32,000 bases of DNA, taken from contig JAFXRP010000201.1 of NCBI GenBank assembly GCA_017526205.1, forward strand, positions 11,404 through 43,403, in the 5' to 3' direction. Every line of letters begins with the position of its first letter. Position 1 is the first letter of the stretch. The translations under genes and the position numbers were made by a program. The notes beneath the pieces were generated by a model that searched no databases, was not told the origin of the DNA, and saw nothing but the letters and a program-made list of their open reading frames with translations. Source of the DNA: Bacteroidales bacterium (lineage in GTDB: Bacteria > Bacteroidota > Bacteroidia > Bacteroidales > ML635J-15). Shown here one piece after another: positions 1 through 7,385 of the stretch.

Positions 1-497
1 TCCTCCTTTGGCATGCAAAGTTCACCGATAATTCTGTTTATCTCATGGAAAGGTGCATTTTCCGGCCATTTCATGTAACCGTGAGAGTCGAATCTCTTGT
101 CGCCGAACCTAACCGACACCGACCAGTTGTCGCCATCGAAGACATCGGTGGCATAATAATCGCGTTCCCATTTTTGTACATTGGCATCAACTAGCAGTTT
201 GCCAACCTCGACAAGTTTTTCGCGTGGCACATTGCTTACTACATGCTCTTTGCATGGAATTGTGTCGTCTATCATCATCCGGAAGTTGCATTCCTTTATG
301 CTTGCTGTTATAACACCATCCTTTTCGTATATGCTATAGTCGTAGCGTTGTCCTGAATAGCCGTTTCCGACATGATACTGATAAAAAGTAAGGTCTTCGC
401 CCTTTAGTCCGTCGCCACTAAAGCAGAACGACATGCAAACGCCAAGCAATGCCACAAGCACAACTGCTATCGTAGTGTACAAAATCAGTTTTTTCAT
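1..497 (-). CDS. hypothetical lipoprotein, partial (C-terminal part lies beyond the left window edge)
   Basis: Hand translation of the minus strand gives an ATG at 497-495, and the frame stays open with no stop down to base 3. The N-terminus MKKLILYTTIAVVLVALLGVCMSFC looks like a signal peptide with a lipobox-type Cys. It is absent from the ORF track because no stop codon lies inside the window. I recognise no family. Confidence 0.6.
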   Translation of the reverse strand, partial: MKKLILYTTIAVVLVALLGVCMSFCFSGDGLKGEDLTFYQYHVGNGYSGQRYDYSIYEKDGVITASIKECNFRMMIDDTIPCKEHVVSNVPREKLVEVGKLLVDANVQKWERDYYATDVFDGDNWSVSVRFGDKRFDSHGYMKWPENAPFHEINRIIGELCMPKE

Positions 498-611
498 ACA
501 GCCGTAGTTTTATTATTGATGCAAAGTTAATGAAAATTATTGGAGGTTGGCGAAGTTTTTTGGTTGAAAAGAAGACATTTATTAAATGTGTATATTTTCA
601 GAAAATATGAT

Positions 612-619
612 TATATTTG
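612..619 (+). promoter_or_regulatory. candidate Bacteroidetes-type -7 box (TATATTTG)
   Basis: Matches the TAnnTTTG consensus and lies 21 nt upstream of the ATG at 641. I found no clean TTTG -33 element, and the 8-mer is expected by chance several times per window. Confidence 0.4.
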
Positions 620-640
620 CAGATGTAAATATGTAACGTT

Positions 641-2281
641 ATGAGAAAAGTACTATTATCATTTTTGTCGTTGTTTTTTGTGCTTGTCGTCTATGCGCAA
701 AACATTACTGTGTCGTTTACAGGAATTACGCAGAATGGCGAATACCAGAGGCTCGACAGTGTTGTAATTCACAACTATTCGCAGAGATGGGACAGAACTG
801 CCATATATCCTGACACCGTAATGGTTGCAATACTTAATGGAATTAATGGTTCTGTTGCAGATGCCGAAATGCTTTCATGTGCGCCGAATCCTTTTGATGG
901 CGAAACCGATTTTGTTGTGAATTTACCTCAGGATGGTGCTGTTTCAATAAAAGTCTTTGATGTGTCGGGGCGTATGTTTGCCGAGTATAATGGAAACGCA
1001 ATGGCTGGTTCCAATATGTTTGGTATCAGTTTGTTGCAGCCAAATGTCTATTTTCTTTCAGTAACGTCAAACGGAACTACGTCCACCATAAAGCTTATGA
1101 ACATTGGTTCTGGCAATGCTGATCGTATTTGGAGCAAAGGCACAATGGCTAGCGAAAAGATTGTTGTCAGTGGTGATTTCAATCTTAACGATGTAATGAG
1201 ATACACAGGCTATACTACATATAATGGTGTTCCGCGTACAAGTACGCCAGTGACTAAAGTGCAGACAGGAAGCGAGGACATATCCCTTGAATTTGATATT
1301 TTCCCTTGCCCACCTCCTTCGCTTACCGAAATAGATGTAGAAAGATGTGCTGCATATACATTGGGCGGCGAGACTTATACCGAAAGCGGAGATTATGTTT
1401 TGACATTACAAGATGTCCATGGCTGCGATAGCATTGTACTTTTGCATTTAACTATAACAAACAATGGCATTCCCGTGTATAGCGAGGTAGAGATAAATAC
1501 CTGTGCCGACCCGTTTGTGTACAATGGCGAGACTTTTACCGAAAGCGGTGGTTATCAGCAGGTGCTTACGGCTGCCAACGGTTGTGACAGCATTGTACTA
1601 TTGTGGTTGCATTTGGGAACTGGTGTGTATGACGAGCGTGATGGGAATTCGTACTGCTCCATTACTTTGGGCGAACAGGAGTGGCTCTCGGAAAATATGC
1701 GCTATCTGCCGAGTGTAAATTATCTGACTGATGCATCTGTCGCAGATGCGAGGTATTATGTATATGATTATGACGGTACGGATGTAAATGAAGCCAGAAA
1801 TAATCCGAACTACAGCGAGTTTGGAGTTTTGTATAACTGGCGTGCTGCACAGACGGCCTGTCCTGCTGGTTGGCATTTGCCTAGCGATGACGAATGGTCG
1901 CAGTTGGAGGTGTATTTGCAGAACAATGGCTTTAATTATGACGATTATATTGATACGGATAACGATAGGGAAACGCATAATGTAATAGCTAAGTCGTTGG
2001 CATCGACTAGTGGTTGGGTTGATTCTGGAATAGTAAATACTCCAGGATGGTTGCAACCTAAGAACAATACAAGCAGTTTCAATGGTAAACCGGCTGGAAT
2101 GAAAATTGCCACTTCTCATTTTCAAGAAAAAGGGAATCGTACTTGGTGGTGGACTTCTGATACAGAATATGGTGATTCTAGTAGTGCGTGGGATAGGAGA
2201 CTTAGATATGATTTGGAAGAGTTGAGCAAAACGCACAATCACAAGAGTGTTGGTGTTAGTGTAAGGTGTTTGCGAAATTAA
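641..2281 (+). CDS. secreted multidomain protein with C-terminal FISUMP (Fibrobacter succinogenes major paralogous, TIGR02145-type) domain; paralog 1
   Basis: 546-aa ORF with signal peptide MRKVLLSFLSLFFVLVVYA/QN. The C-terminal ~220 aa carry the FISUMP hallmarks: DERDGNSYCSITLGEQEWLSENMRY, YNWRAAQTACPAGWHLPSDDEWSQLE, NTSSFNGKPAG, WWWTS and a terminal SVRCLRN. Residues ~82-155 resemble a T9SS C-terminal sorting domain (PNPFDGETDF..VSIKVFDVSGRM..NVYFLSV..IKLMN). Two Cys..GCDS modules lie at aa ~230-326. Confidence 0.85.
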   Translation: MRKVLLSFLSLFFVLVVYAQNITVSFTGITQNGEYQRLDSVVIHNYSQRWDRTAIYPDTVMVAILNGINGSVADAEMLSCAPNPFDGETDFVVNLPQDGAVSIKVFDVSGRMFAEYNGNAMAGSNMFGISLLQPNVYFLSVTSNGTTSTIKLMNIGSGNADRIWSKGTMASEKIVVSGDFNLNDVMRYTGYTTYNGVPRTSTPVTKVQTGSEDISLEFDIFPCPPPSLTEIDVERCAAYTLGGETYTESGDYVLTLQDVHGCDSIVLLHLTITNNGIPVYSEVEINTCADPFVYNGETFTESGGYQQVLTAANGCDSIVLLWLHLGTGVYDERDGNSYCSITLGEQEWLSENMRYLPSVNYLTDASVADARYYVYDYDGTDVNEARNNPNYSEFGVLYNWRAAQTACPAGWHLPSDDEWSQLEVYLQNNGFNYDDYIDTDNDRETHNVIAKSLASTSGWVDSGIVNTPGWLQPKNNTSSFNGKPAGMKIATSHFQEKGNRTWWWTSDTEYGDSSSAWDRRLRYDLEELSKTHNHKSVGVSVRCLRN

Positions 2282-2304
2282 TTTGTTGATAATAATTGTA
2301 GATT

Positions 2305-3948
2305 ATGAAAAAGATAACTTTGATATTGTCTGGTTTGTTGCTTGTGGTTGTTTCATTTGCACAGGATATAGTGATTTCGTTTACTGGTGTAAATGCGAAT
2401 GGCGGCTATCAGAGGCTCGACAGCGTTGTAATCCATAACTATTCGCAGGGCTGGGAGAGGACTGCTGTTTATCCCGATACCACGATGATTGCAAGAATTA
2501 CTGACATTGAGAATCATAGCATTGACAATTATATGCTATCATCAAACGTACCTAATCCGTTTGATGGGAAAACCGAATTTGAACTCTCTGTACATGAGGT
2601 TGGCAATGTTTTGGTGTCAGTATGCGATATGGCAGGACGAAATTATGCAAGTTTTGACGGAAATCTTGATGCTGGAATACATCGTTTCGAAGTTGTGCTT
2701 TCTGAACCAAAGGTTTATGTACTGTCGGCTATTGTCAATGGCATGACGAGTTCCATCAAGATGGTAAATCTTGGCCATGGCAATGCAAATGCAATTGTTC
2801 ATAAAGGCTATTCTGCTGAAAGTAAGATTGTCGTCAGTGGCGATTTTAATCTTAACGATGTGATGAAATACATAGGATATGCAACATATAATGGTGTGTT
2901 GCATACAAGTACACCAGTGACAAAAGTGCAGACAGGAAGCGAGAACATATCCCTTGAATTTGATATTGTTGATTGTTCAACTCCGTCGCTTACAGAAATT
3001 AATGTTGAAAGATGTGTAGCATATACTTGGGGCGGTGAAACTTATACAGAAAGTGGCGATTATGTTCAGACTTTGCAAGATGTCAATGGTTGCGATAGCG
3101 TTGTACTTTTGCATTTAACTATTACTAACAATGGCATTCCCGTGTATAGCGAGGTAGAGATAAATACCTGTGCCGACCCGTTTGTGTACAATGGTGTTAC
3201 ATATACGGAAAGTGGTGGCTATCAGCAGGTGCTTACTGCTGCAAACGGTTGTGACAGCATTGTGTTGTTGTGGTTGCATTTGGGTTCAGGAGTGTATGAC
3301 GAGCGCGATGGAAATTCATATTGCTCCATTATGATAGGAGAACAGGAATGGCTGGCTGAGAATATGCGCTATCTGCCGAGTGTAAATTTTTATAGTGATG
3401 CTTCTGTTGTTGATGCTAAATATTATGTGTATGGATACGATGGGGAGGATGTTGAGGCAGCAAAAGAGAATCCGAATTATGCAGAATATGGAGCATGGTA
3501 CAATTGGAAGGCAGCTCTGACGGCATGTCCTGCCGGTTGGCATTTGCCTAGTGATGACGAATGGACTGAGCTTGAGGTATATCTTCAGAACAATGGCTAT
3601 AATTTTGATGATTATATTGATACAGATAGCGATAGGGAAACGCATAATGTAATTGCAAAGTCGCTGGCATCGACTAGTGGTTGGGTGGAATCTGATGTTG
3701 AGAACTCTCCGGGATGGTTGCAGCCTAAGAATAATACAAGCAGTTTTAATGGGAAACCTGCTGGTCATAGATGGGTTGATTCCCAATTTATGGGAATTGG
3801 CCTATATGGTTTTTGGTGGTCTTCTACAACTCAATCTGGTGATAATAACAGTGCATGGGATAGAAAGATACATAATGATAGTGTCGCAATGGGAAAGACA
3901 CGCAATAGCAAAACGCTTGGTTTTAGTGTAAGGTGTTTGCGAAATTAA
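2305..3948 (+). CDS. secreted multidomain protein with C-terminal FISUMP domain; paralog 2 (tandem duplicate of 641..2281)
   Basis: 547-aa ORF with signal peptide MKKITLILSGLLLVVVSFA/QD and the same domain order as paralog 1. The central part is near-identical at DNA level, for example a 68-nt perfect match between 1460-1527 and 3127-3194. FISUMP motifs are present: YNWKAALTACPAGWHLPSDDEWTELE and SVRCLRN. Confidence 0.85.
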   Translation: MKKITLILSGLLLVVVSFAQDIVISFTGVNANGGYQRLDSVVIHNYSQGWERTAVYPDTTMIARITDIENHSIDNYMLSSNVPNPFDGKTEFELSVHEVGNVLVSVCDMAGRNYASFDGNLDAGIHRFEVVLSEPKVYVLSAIVNGMTSSIKMVNLGHGNANAIVHKGYSAESKIVVSGDFNLNDVMKYIGYATYNGVLHTSTPVTKVQTGSENISLEFDIVDCSTPSLTEINVERCVAYTWGGETYTESGDYVQTLQDVNGCDSVVLLHLTITNNGIPVYSEVEINTCADPFVYNGVTYTESGGYQQVLTAANGCDSIVLLWLHLGSGVYDERDGNSYCSIMIGEQEWLAENMRYLPSVNFYSDASVVDAKYYVYGYDGEDVEAAKENPNYAEYGAWYNWKAALTACPAGWHLPSDDEWTELEVYLQNNGYNFDDYIDTDSDRETHNVIAKSLASTSGWVESDVENSPGWLQPKNNTSSFNGKPAGHRWVDSQFMGIGLYGFWWSSTTQSGDNNSAWDRKIHNDSVAMGKTRNSKTLGFSVRCLRN

Positions 3949-4057
3949 TTCATATTGATTGTATTTTGTCTTTTCGGCTCAAATCGAATGTCTTTTTCTT
4001 CTTTTTAGGTGCATGAGAGTGCCGATAATGTCATATATTGGGGCAAATTTGAGCCGA

Positions 4058-4089
4058 TTTGTTTATTCCGTAAAACTTTATTAATTTTG
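4058..4089 (+). promoter_or_regulatory. candidate Bacteroidetes sigma-A-type promoter (TTTG-N20-TAATTTTG) for the HAD-LicC-racemase-MT-LicD operon
   Basis: TTTG at 4058-4061 and TAATTTTG at 4082-4089, with spacing inside the reported 19-21 nt range. The ATG at 4118 is 29 nt downstream. Confidence 0.5.
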
Positions 4090-4117
4090 CAAGTTATTTT
4101 ACAAGCCTAAAAGGTAT

Positions 4118-4723
4118 ATGTCGAAAATAAAATTCATATTCGATTTAGACGGGACGATAACTTCCGAGGAAACTTTGCCCTTGATGGCAAAGCATTTCAA
4201 TGTGCAGGAGGAAATCGAACAGCTTACGCGCGAGACCATACAGGGCGACATTCCGTTTGTGGAAAGCTTTATACGCCGCGTTTTCATACTTGGTAAACTG
4301 CCCGTCGATGAGGTTGCTAATTTGTTGGAAAATGTAAATATGTATCCGGAACTTGTTGACTTTATCCGTGAGCACAAGGAACAGTGCGTTGTCGCAACGG
4401 GAAACTTGCTTTGCTGGTCGGAAAAGTTGCTTGCTAGACTTGGTTGCGAGGCTTATTGCTCCGATGCTATTGTCGAGAACAACAAAGTTGTAAAGCTGAC
4501 TAAAATTCTGCGCAAGGAAGTCGTGGTGGAGAAGTATCAGGAAGAAGGATACAAAGTTGTTTACATCGGCGACGGCAACAACGACATGGAAGCTATGCGT
4601 GTGGCCGATGTGGCAATAGCGGTAGGAATGACGCACTCTCCGTCGAAGAGTATTTTGCCTATAACTAATTATTTGATTTTTAATGAGAAAGCCTTATGTC
4701 GTCAGTTAAATCAGTTGTTATAA
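4118..4723 (+). CDS. HAD-superfamily subfamily IB enzyme (phosphoserine phosphatase / ThrH-like phosphotransferase type)
   Basis: HAD motif I is FIFDLDGTIT (DxDGT) and motif IV is YIGDGNNDMEAM. At 201 aa, with an inserted helical cap after motif I, it has the size and layout of SerB/ThrH-type HAD-IB proteins. It overlaps the next gene by 28 nt. Confidence 0.75.
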   Translation: MSKIKFIFDLDGTITSEETLPLMAKHFNVQEEIEQLTRETIQGDIPFVESFIRRVFILGKLPVDEVANLLENVNMYPELVDFIREHKEQCVVATGNLLCWSEKLLARLGCEAYCSDAIVENNKVVKLTKILRKEVVVEKYQEEGYKVVYIGDGNNDMEAMRVADVAIAVGMTHSPSKSILPITNYLIFNEKALCRQLNQLL

Positions 4724-5328
4724 GTTGTGCGGGAATAGGTTCGCGTCTCGGATTGGGACAGACAAAGGCCTTGATTAAGATAAATGGCAAGTCGTTGATT
4801 GCATGGCAGTTGGAACTGTTTAAGGATGTCGAGGATGTTCGTATTGTCATCGGCTATCAGGCAAACGACATAATAGAGGAGGTGCTGAAGCACAGGAAAG
4901 ATGTGGTGTTTGTTTACAATCACCGTTATTTTGAGACAAAGACTGGTGCAAGTTTCTATCTGGGTGCTGTCGATGCAAAGGAATATGTGCTTGAATGGGA
5001 CGGCGACCTGCTTGTTCACCCCGACGATGTGAAGAAGATTCTAGCAACCGATGGTGAATTTATCTGCTATGCCGACAAGAGTTCCGACGAGGCTGTGTTT
5101 GTGCAGACTGATGAGAACGGCGATGTGCTGGCATTTTCGCGCGAGACTGGCGACTACGAATGGACAGGTCCTGCATGCATAATGAAGCGCAAGGTGCAAT
5201 ATTCGTCGGGTAATGTGTTCAACCAGCTCGAGCCTTATCTGCCAATGAAGGGAATAAAAGTAAGAGCTTACGACATAGATACTTACGATGATTATAAGAG
5301 AGTAATGGAAATAACAAAGAACTGGTAG
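4696..5328 (+). CDS. LicC-like nucleotidyltransferase (probable CTP:phospho-X cytidylyltransferase)
   Basis: N-terminal GxGxR-type NTP-binding loop VVISCAGIGSRLG..TKALIKINGKSLI. The overall layout and the C-terminal YDIDTYDDYKRVMEI resemble pneumococcal LicC (YEIDSVQDYRKLEEI), recalled from memory. Confidence 0.75.
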   Translation: MSSVKSVVISCAGIGSRLGLGQTKALIKINGKSLIAWQLELFKDVEDVRIVIGYQANDIIEEVLKHRKDVVFVYNHRYFETKTGASFYLGAVDAKEYVLEWDGDLLVHPDDVKKILATDGEFICYADKSSDEAVFVQTDENGDVLAFSRETGDYEWTGPACIMKRKVQYSSGNVFNQLEPYLPMKGIKVRAYDIDTYDDYKRVMEITKNW

Positions 5329-5330
5329 TT

Positions 5331-6035
5331 ATGGTTGTTGGCGTAATAGGAGCGGCAGGAGTAGCGGCTACAAACATGCTTTGCGAATTAATCGAGGTGA
5401 AATATACTAGAAATGGCGCTTTTCGCGATTGTCATCACCCCGAAATGATTATTTACCAGGCTACACAGGCTCCATCAAGAAGCATGTACCTCGAAGGGAA
5501 AGGTCCCAGTTTTATAGATGACTATGTGAATGTAGGAATCAAACTGAAAAATGCTGGTGCCGAAACAATTTGCATGTGCTGCAATACTGCCCATTATGCT
5601 TTGCCGGAAATCGAAAGCAAGGTTGGCGTGAAATTCATAAACCTTATAGAGGAAGTCGCTTTGAAATGTAAGCAATCTGGAGCAAAAAAGGTTGGACTTG
5701 TAGCTTCCGACGGCTGCCTTGGCGGAAAGGTTTATGAGCGTTACTTCGCCGAAATTTGTCCCGATGTGGAACTGGTTTATCCCGATGCTGATGTGCAGAA
5801 AAATGTTACTAAAGGCATCTGCAATGTAAAAAACATACATAGGTTTGATGCAATGGATTCGTCAGAAAGACCTGCTCGTATATTCGAGGAAGTTAGAAAA
5901 CATCTGGTAGGCAAGGGGTGTGATATTGTTGTAATGGGCTGCACCGACATTAGGGTTGACTATCATTCCGACGATTTGCATGTAATAGATTCGTTGGAAG
6001 TGCTTGCCGACAAAATATATGATTTGACAAAATAA
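5331..6035 (+). CDS. Asp/Glu/hydantoin racemase family protein, aspartate-racemase-like (both catalytic Cys present)
   Basis: The two signature motifs of two-base racemases are present: ICMCCNTAHYA (first Cys) and VVMGCTDI (second Cys). Length is 234 aa. The ATG lies 3 nt after the upstream stop. Confidence 0.8.
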   Translation: MVVGVIGAAGVAATNMLCELIEVKYTRNGAFRDCHHPEMIIYQATQAPSRSMYLEGKGPSFIDDYVNVGIKLKNAGAETICMCCNTAHYALPEIESKVGVKFINLIEEVALKCKQSGAKKVGLVASDGCLGGKVYERYFAEICPDVELVYPDADVQKNVTKGICNVKNIHRFDAMDSSERPARIFEEVRKHLVGKGCDIVVMGCTDIRVDYHSDDLHVIDSLEVLADKIYDLTK

Positions 6036-6041
6036 AGAGCG

Positions 6042-6680
6042 ATGAAGAATAAGGAAGCATTGGATTTTTTTGAAAAAATGTCGCAAAATACAAACGACCA
6101 GAAGTCGGTGAAGCTTGCAAATGCAAGCGATTTTTCGCAGATGGATGCCGACTTTATCCTGAAATATTGCAATGCAAATACCGAAATGCTGGATTTGGGC
6201 AGTGGTACAGGGCTTGTGATAAACAAAATGTACGACAAAGTCAAGACTGTTGTTGCTGTAGAACCGTTTGCTTCATTTACTAAGTTTATTGTCAATTCTC
6301 CCAATGTGGAAGTTGTAAACCAGACTTTTGACGAGTATTCACCAAGTGACAGACCTTTCGACTTGATTACAATATTCGGCACCATGCACTATTTCAACGA
6401 GGAAGAATCGGTAAAGATTTATTCCAAATATTTCCGAAATCTAAAGAAAGGTGGCAGGCTGATTGTCAAGAATCAGTTTGGCGTAACCGAAGATGTTACT
6501 GTGGAAGGCTATTCTGAAGAACAGAAAACCAACTATTTTGCACAATATAGGCATCTCGACAAGGAAATGGCTAACTTGAGGAGAATAGGCTTCTGTAAAA
6601 CAGAGAGTTTCGACATTTATCCGCCCGAATGCAACAGGTGGACTAATACTCACTTTTATGCAATAGTAGCAGAAAAATAA
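6042..6680 (+). CDS. class I SAM-dependent methyltransferase
   Basis: SAM-binding motif I MLDLGSGTGLV, followed by the acidic beta-2 end VVAVEP and motif DLITIFGTMHY. Length is 212 aa. The substrate is not inferable. Confidence 0.75.
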   Translation: MKNKEALDFFEKMSQNTNDQKSVKLANASDFSQMDADFILKYCNANTEMLDLGSGTGLVINKMYDKVKTVVAVEPFASFTKFIVNSPNVEVVNQTFDEYSPSDRPFDLITIFGTMHYFNEEESVKIYSKYFRNLKKGGRLIVKNQFGVTEDVTVEGYSEEQKTNYFAQYRHLDKEMANLRRIGFCKTESFDIYPPECNRWTNTHFYAIVAEK

Positions 6681-6689
6681 ACTTATACT

Positions 6690-7385
6690 ATGAGAAAACT
6701 TTTAGTGAAAATAGCATCGGCTTTGGGCATATATAAGTTTATTGTCAAAAAAGCTAACAAATACATTGAGCGTAAAGAGGCAAAGGCAATAAAGAAAAGA
6801 GGTATTGATGTCCTTGCAAAAGTCGATGCAATGATGCGCGAGCGCAATATCAAGGTGTTTTTCTGCTTTGGACTTTTGCTTGGCGCATATCGTGAAAAAG
6901 GATTCATTCCGTACGATTTCGACATTGATCTTGGTATGCTCGCATCCGAACGCCCTGATAACATCATCGATATATTCAAGGAAAATGGCTTTACTTTTTT
7001 AAAGCAGTCGTATATAAAATCAAATGGACGCATTACTATTGACCAGTTCAAATACGATGGTGTTCCTATTGACATATATTACTATTATGACTTTGACGAA
7101 CAAAGAATAGCTTGCAGTCCCCCACGAAAGCACGAATTCAAGGATTGGCGTACGGCAAATGAAACAGATGGATTCCCAACTTTTATTTTTCCAGTAGAGA
7201 GAACTGAATTTGAGGAAGTTGAATTCCTTGGACATAAATTCTACATGGCAACTAAGGCTGAATCGTGGCTACGCGATATTTATGGAGAAGATTTTATGAC
7301 TCCAGTGAGAGAATGGACGGAAAAAACTCGGAAAACTTGTATTATTGCATCACCTGAGCGTCAGTACAGGCGGCTTGATATGTAG
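6690..7385 (+). CDS. LicD-family phosphotransferase (transfers a phospho-alcohol from a CDP-activated donor to a glycan)
   Basis: The LicD signature is FGLLLGAYREKGFIPYDFDIDLGM (compare the LLGAxRHxGFIPWDDDxD motif). Length is 231 aa. It is the last gene of the plus-strand operon. Confidence 0.8.
   Translation: MRKLLVKIASALGIYKFIVKKANKYIERKEAKAIKKRGIDVLAKVDAMMRERNIKVFFCFGLLLGAYREKGFIPYDFDIDLGMLASERPDNIIDIFKENGFTFLKQSYIKSNGRITIDQFKYDGVPIDIYYYYDFDEQRIACSPPRKHEFKDWRTANETDGFPTFIFPVERTEFEEVEFLGHKFYMATKAESWLRDIYGEDFMTPVREWTEKTRKTCIIASPERQYRRLDM

Noticed and set aside
1598-2242. Long antisense or shadow ORFs opposite real genes: 1598..2242, 3316..3786, 4145..4636, 8485..9114, 10244..10768, 10614..11081, 12301..12744, 27272..27844 and 30958..31635
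   Set aside because: Each is fully contained within a longer ORF on the other strand that has clear family motifs. Their translations are compositionally odd (rich in I/R/C/F) and carry no recognisable motifs. I see no evidence for overlapping genes.
2071-3948. A diversity-generating retroelement (DGR) targeting the variable C-terminal tip of the lectin-like FISUMP domains
   Set aside because: There is no reverse transcriptase or template repeat in the window. The nucleotide differences between the two C-terminal tips are not restricted to adenine-templated positions and include indels. Ordinary paralog divergence explains them.
3949-4117. A 10-nt inverted repeat CGGCTCAAAT (3974-3983) / ATTTGAGCCG (4046-4055) upstream of the HAD operon, considered as a riboswitch or attenuator
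   Set aside because: The arms are 62 nt apart and lie mostly upstream of the candidate promoter (4058-4089). I recognise no conserved riboswitch core, so this is too weak to report as a feature.
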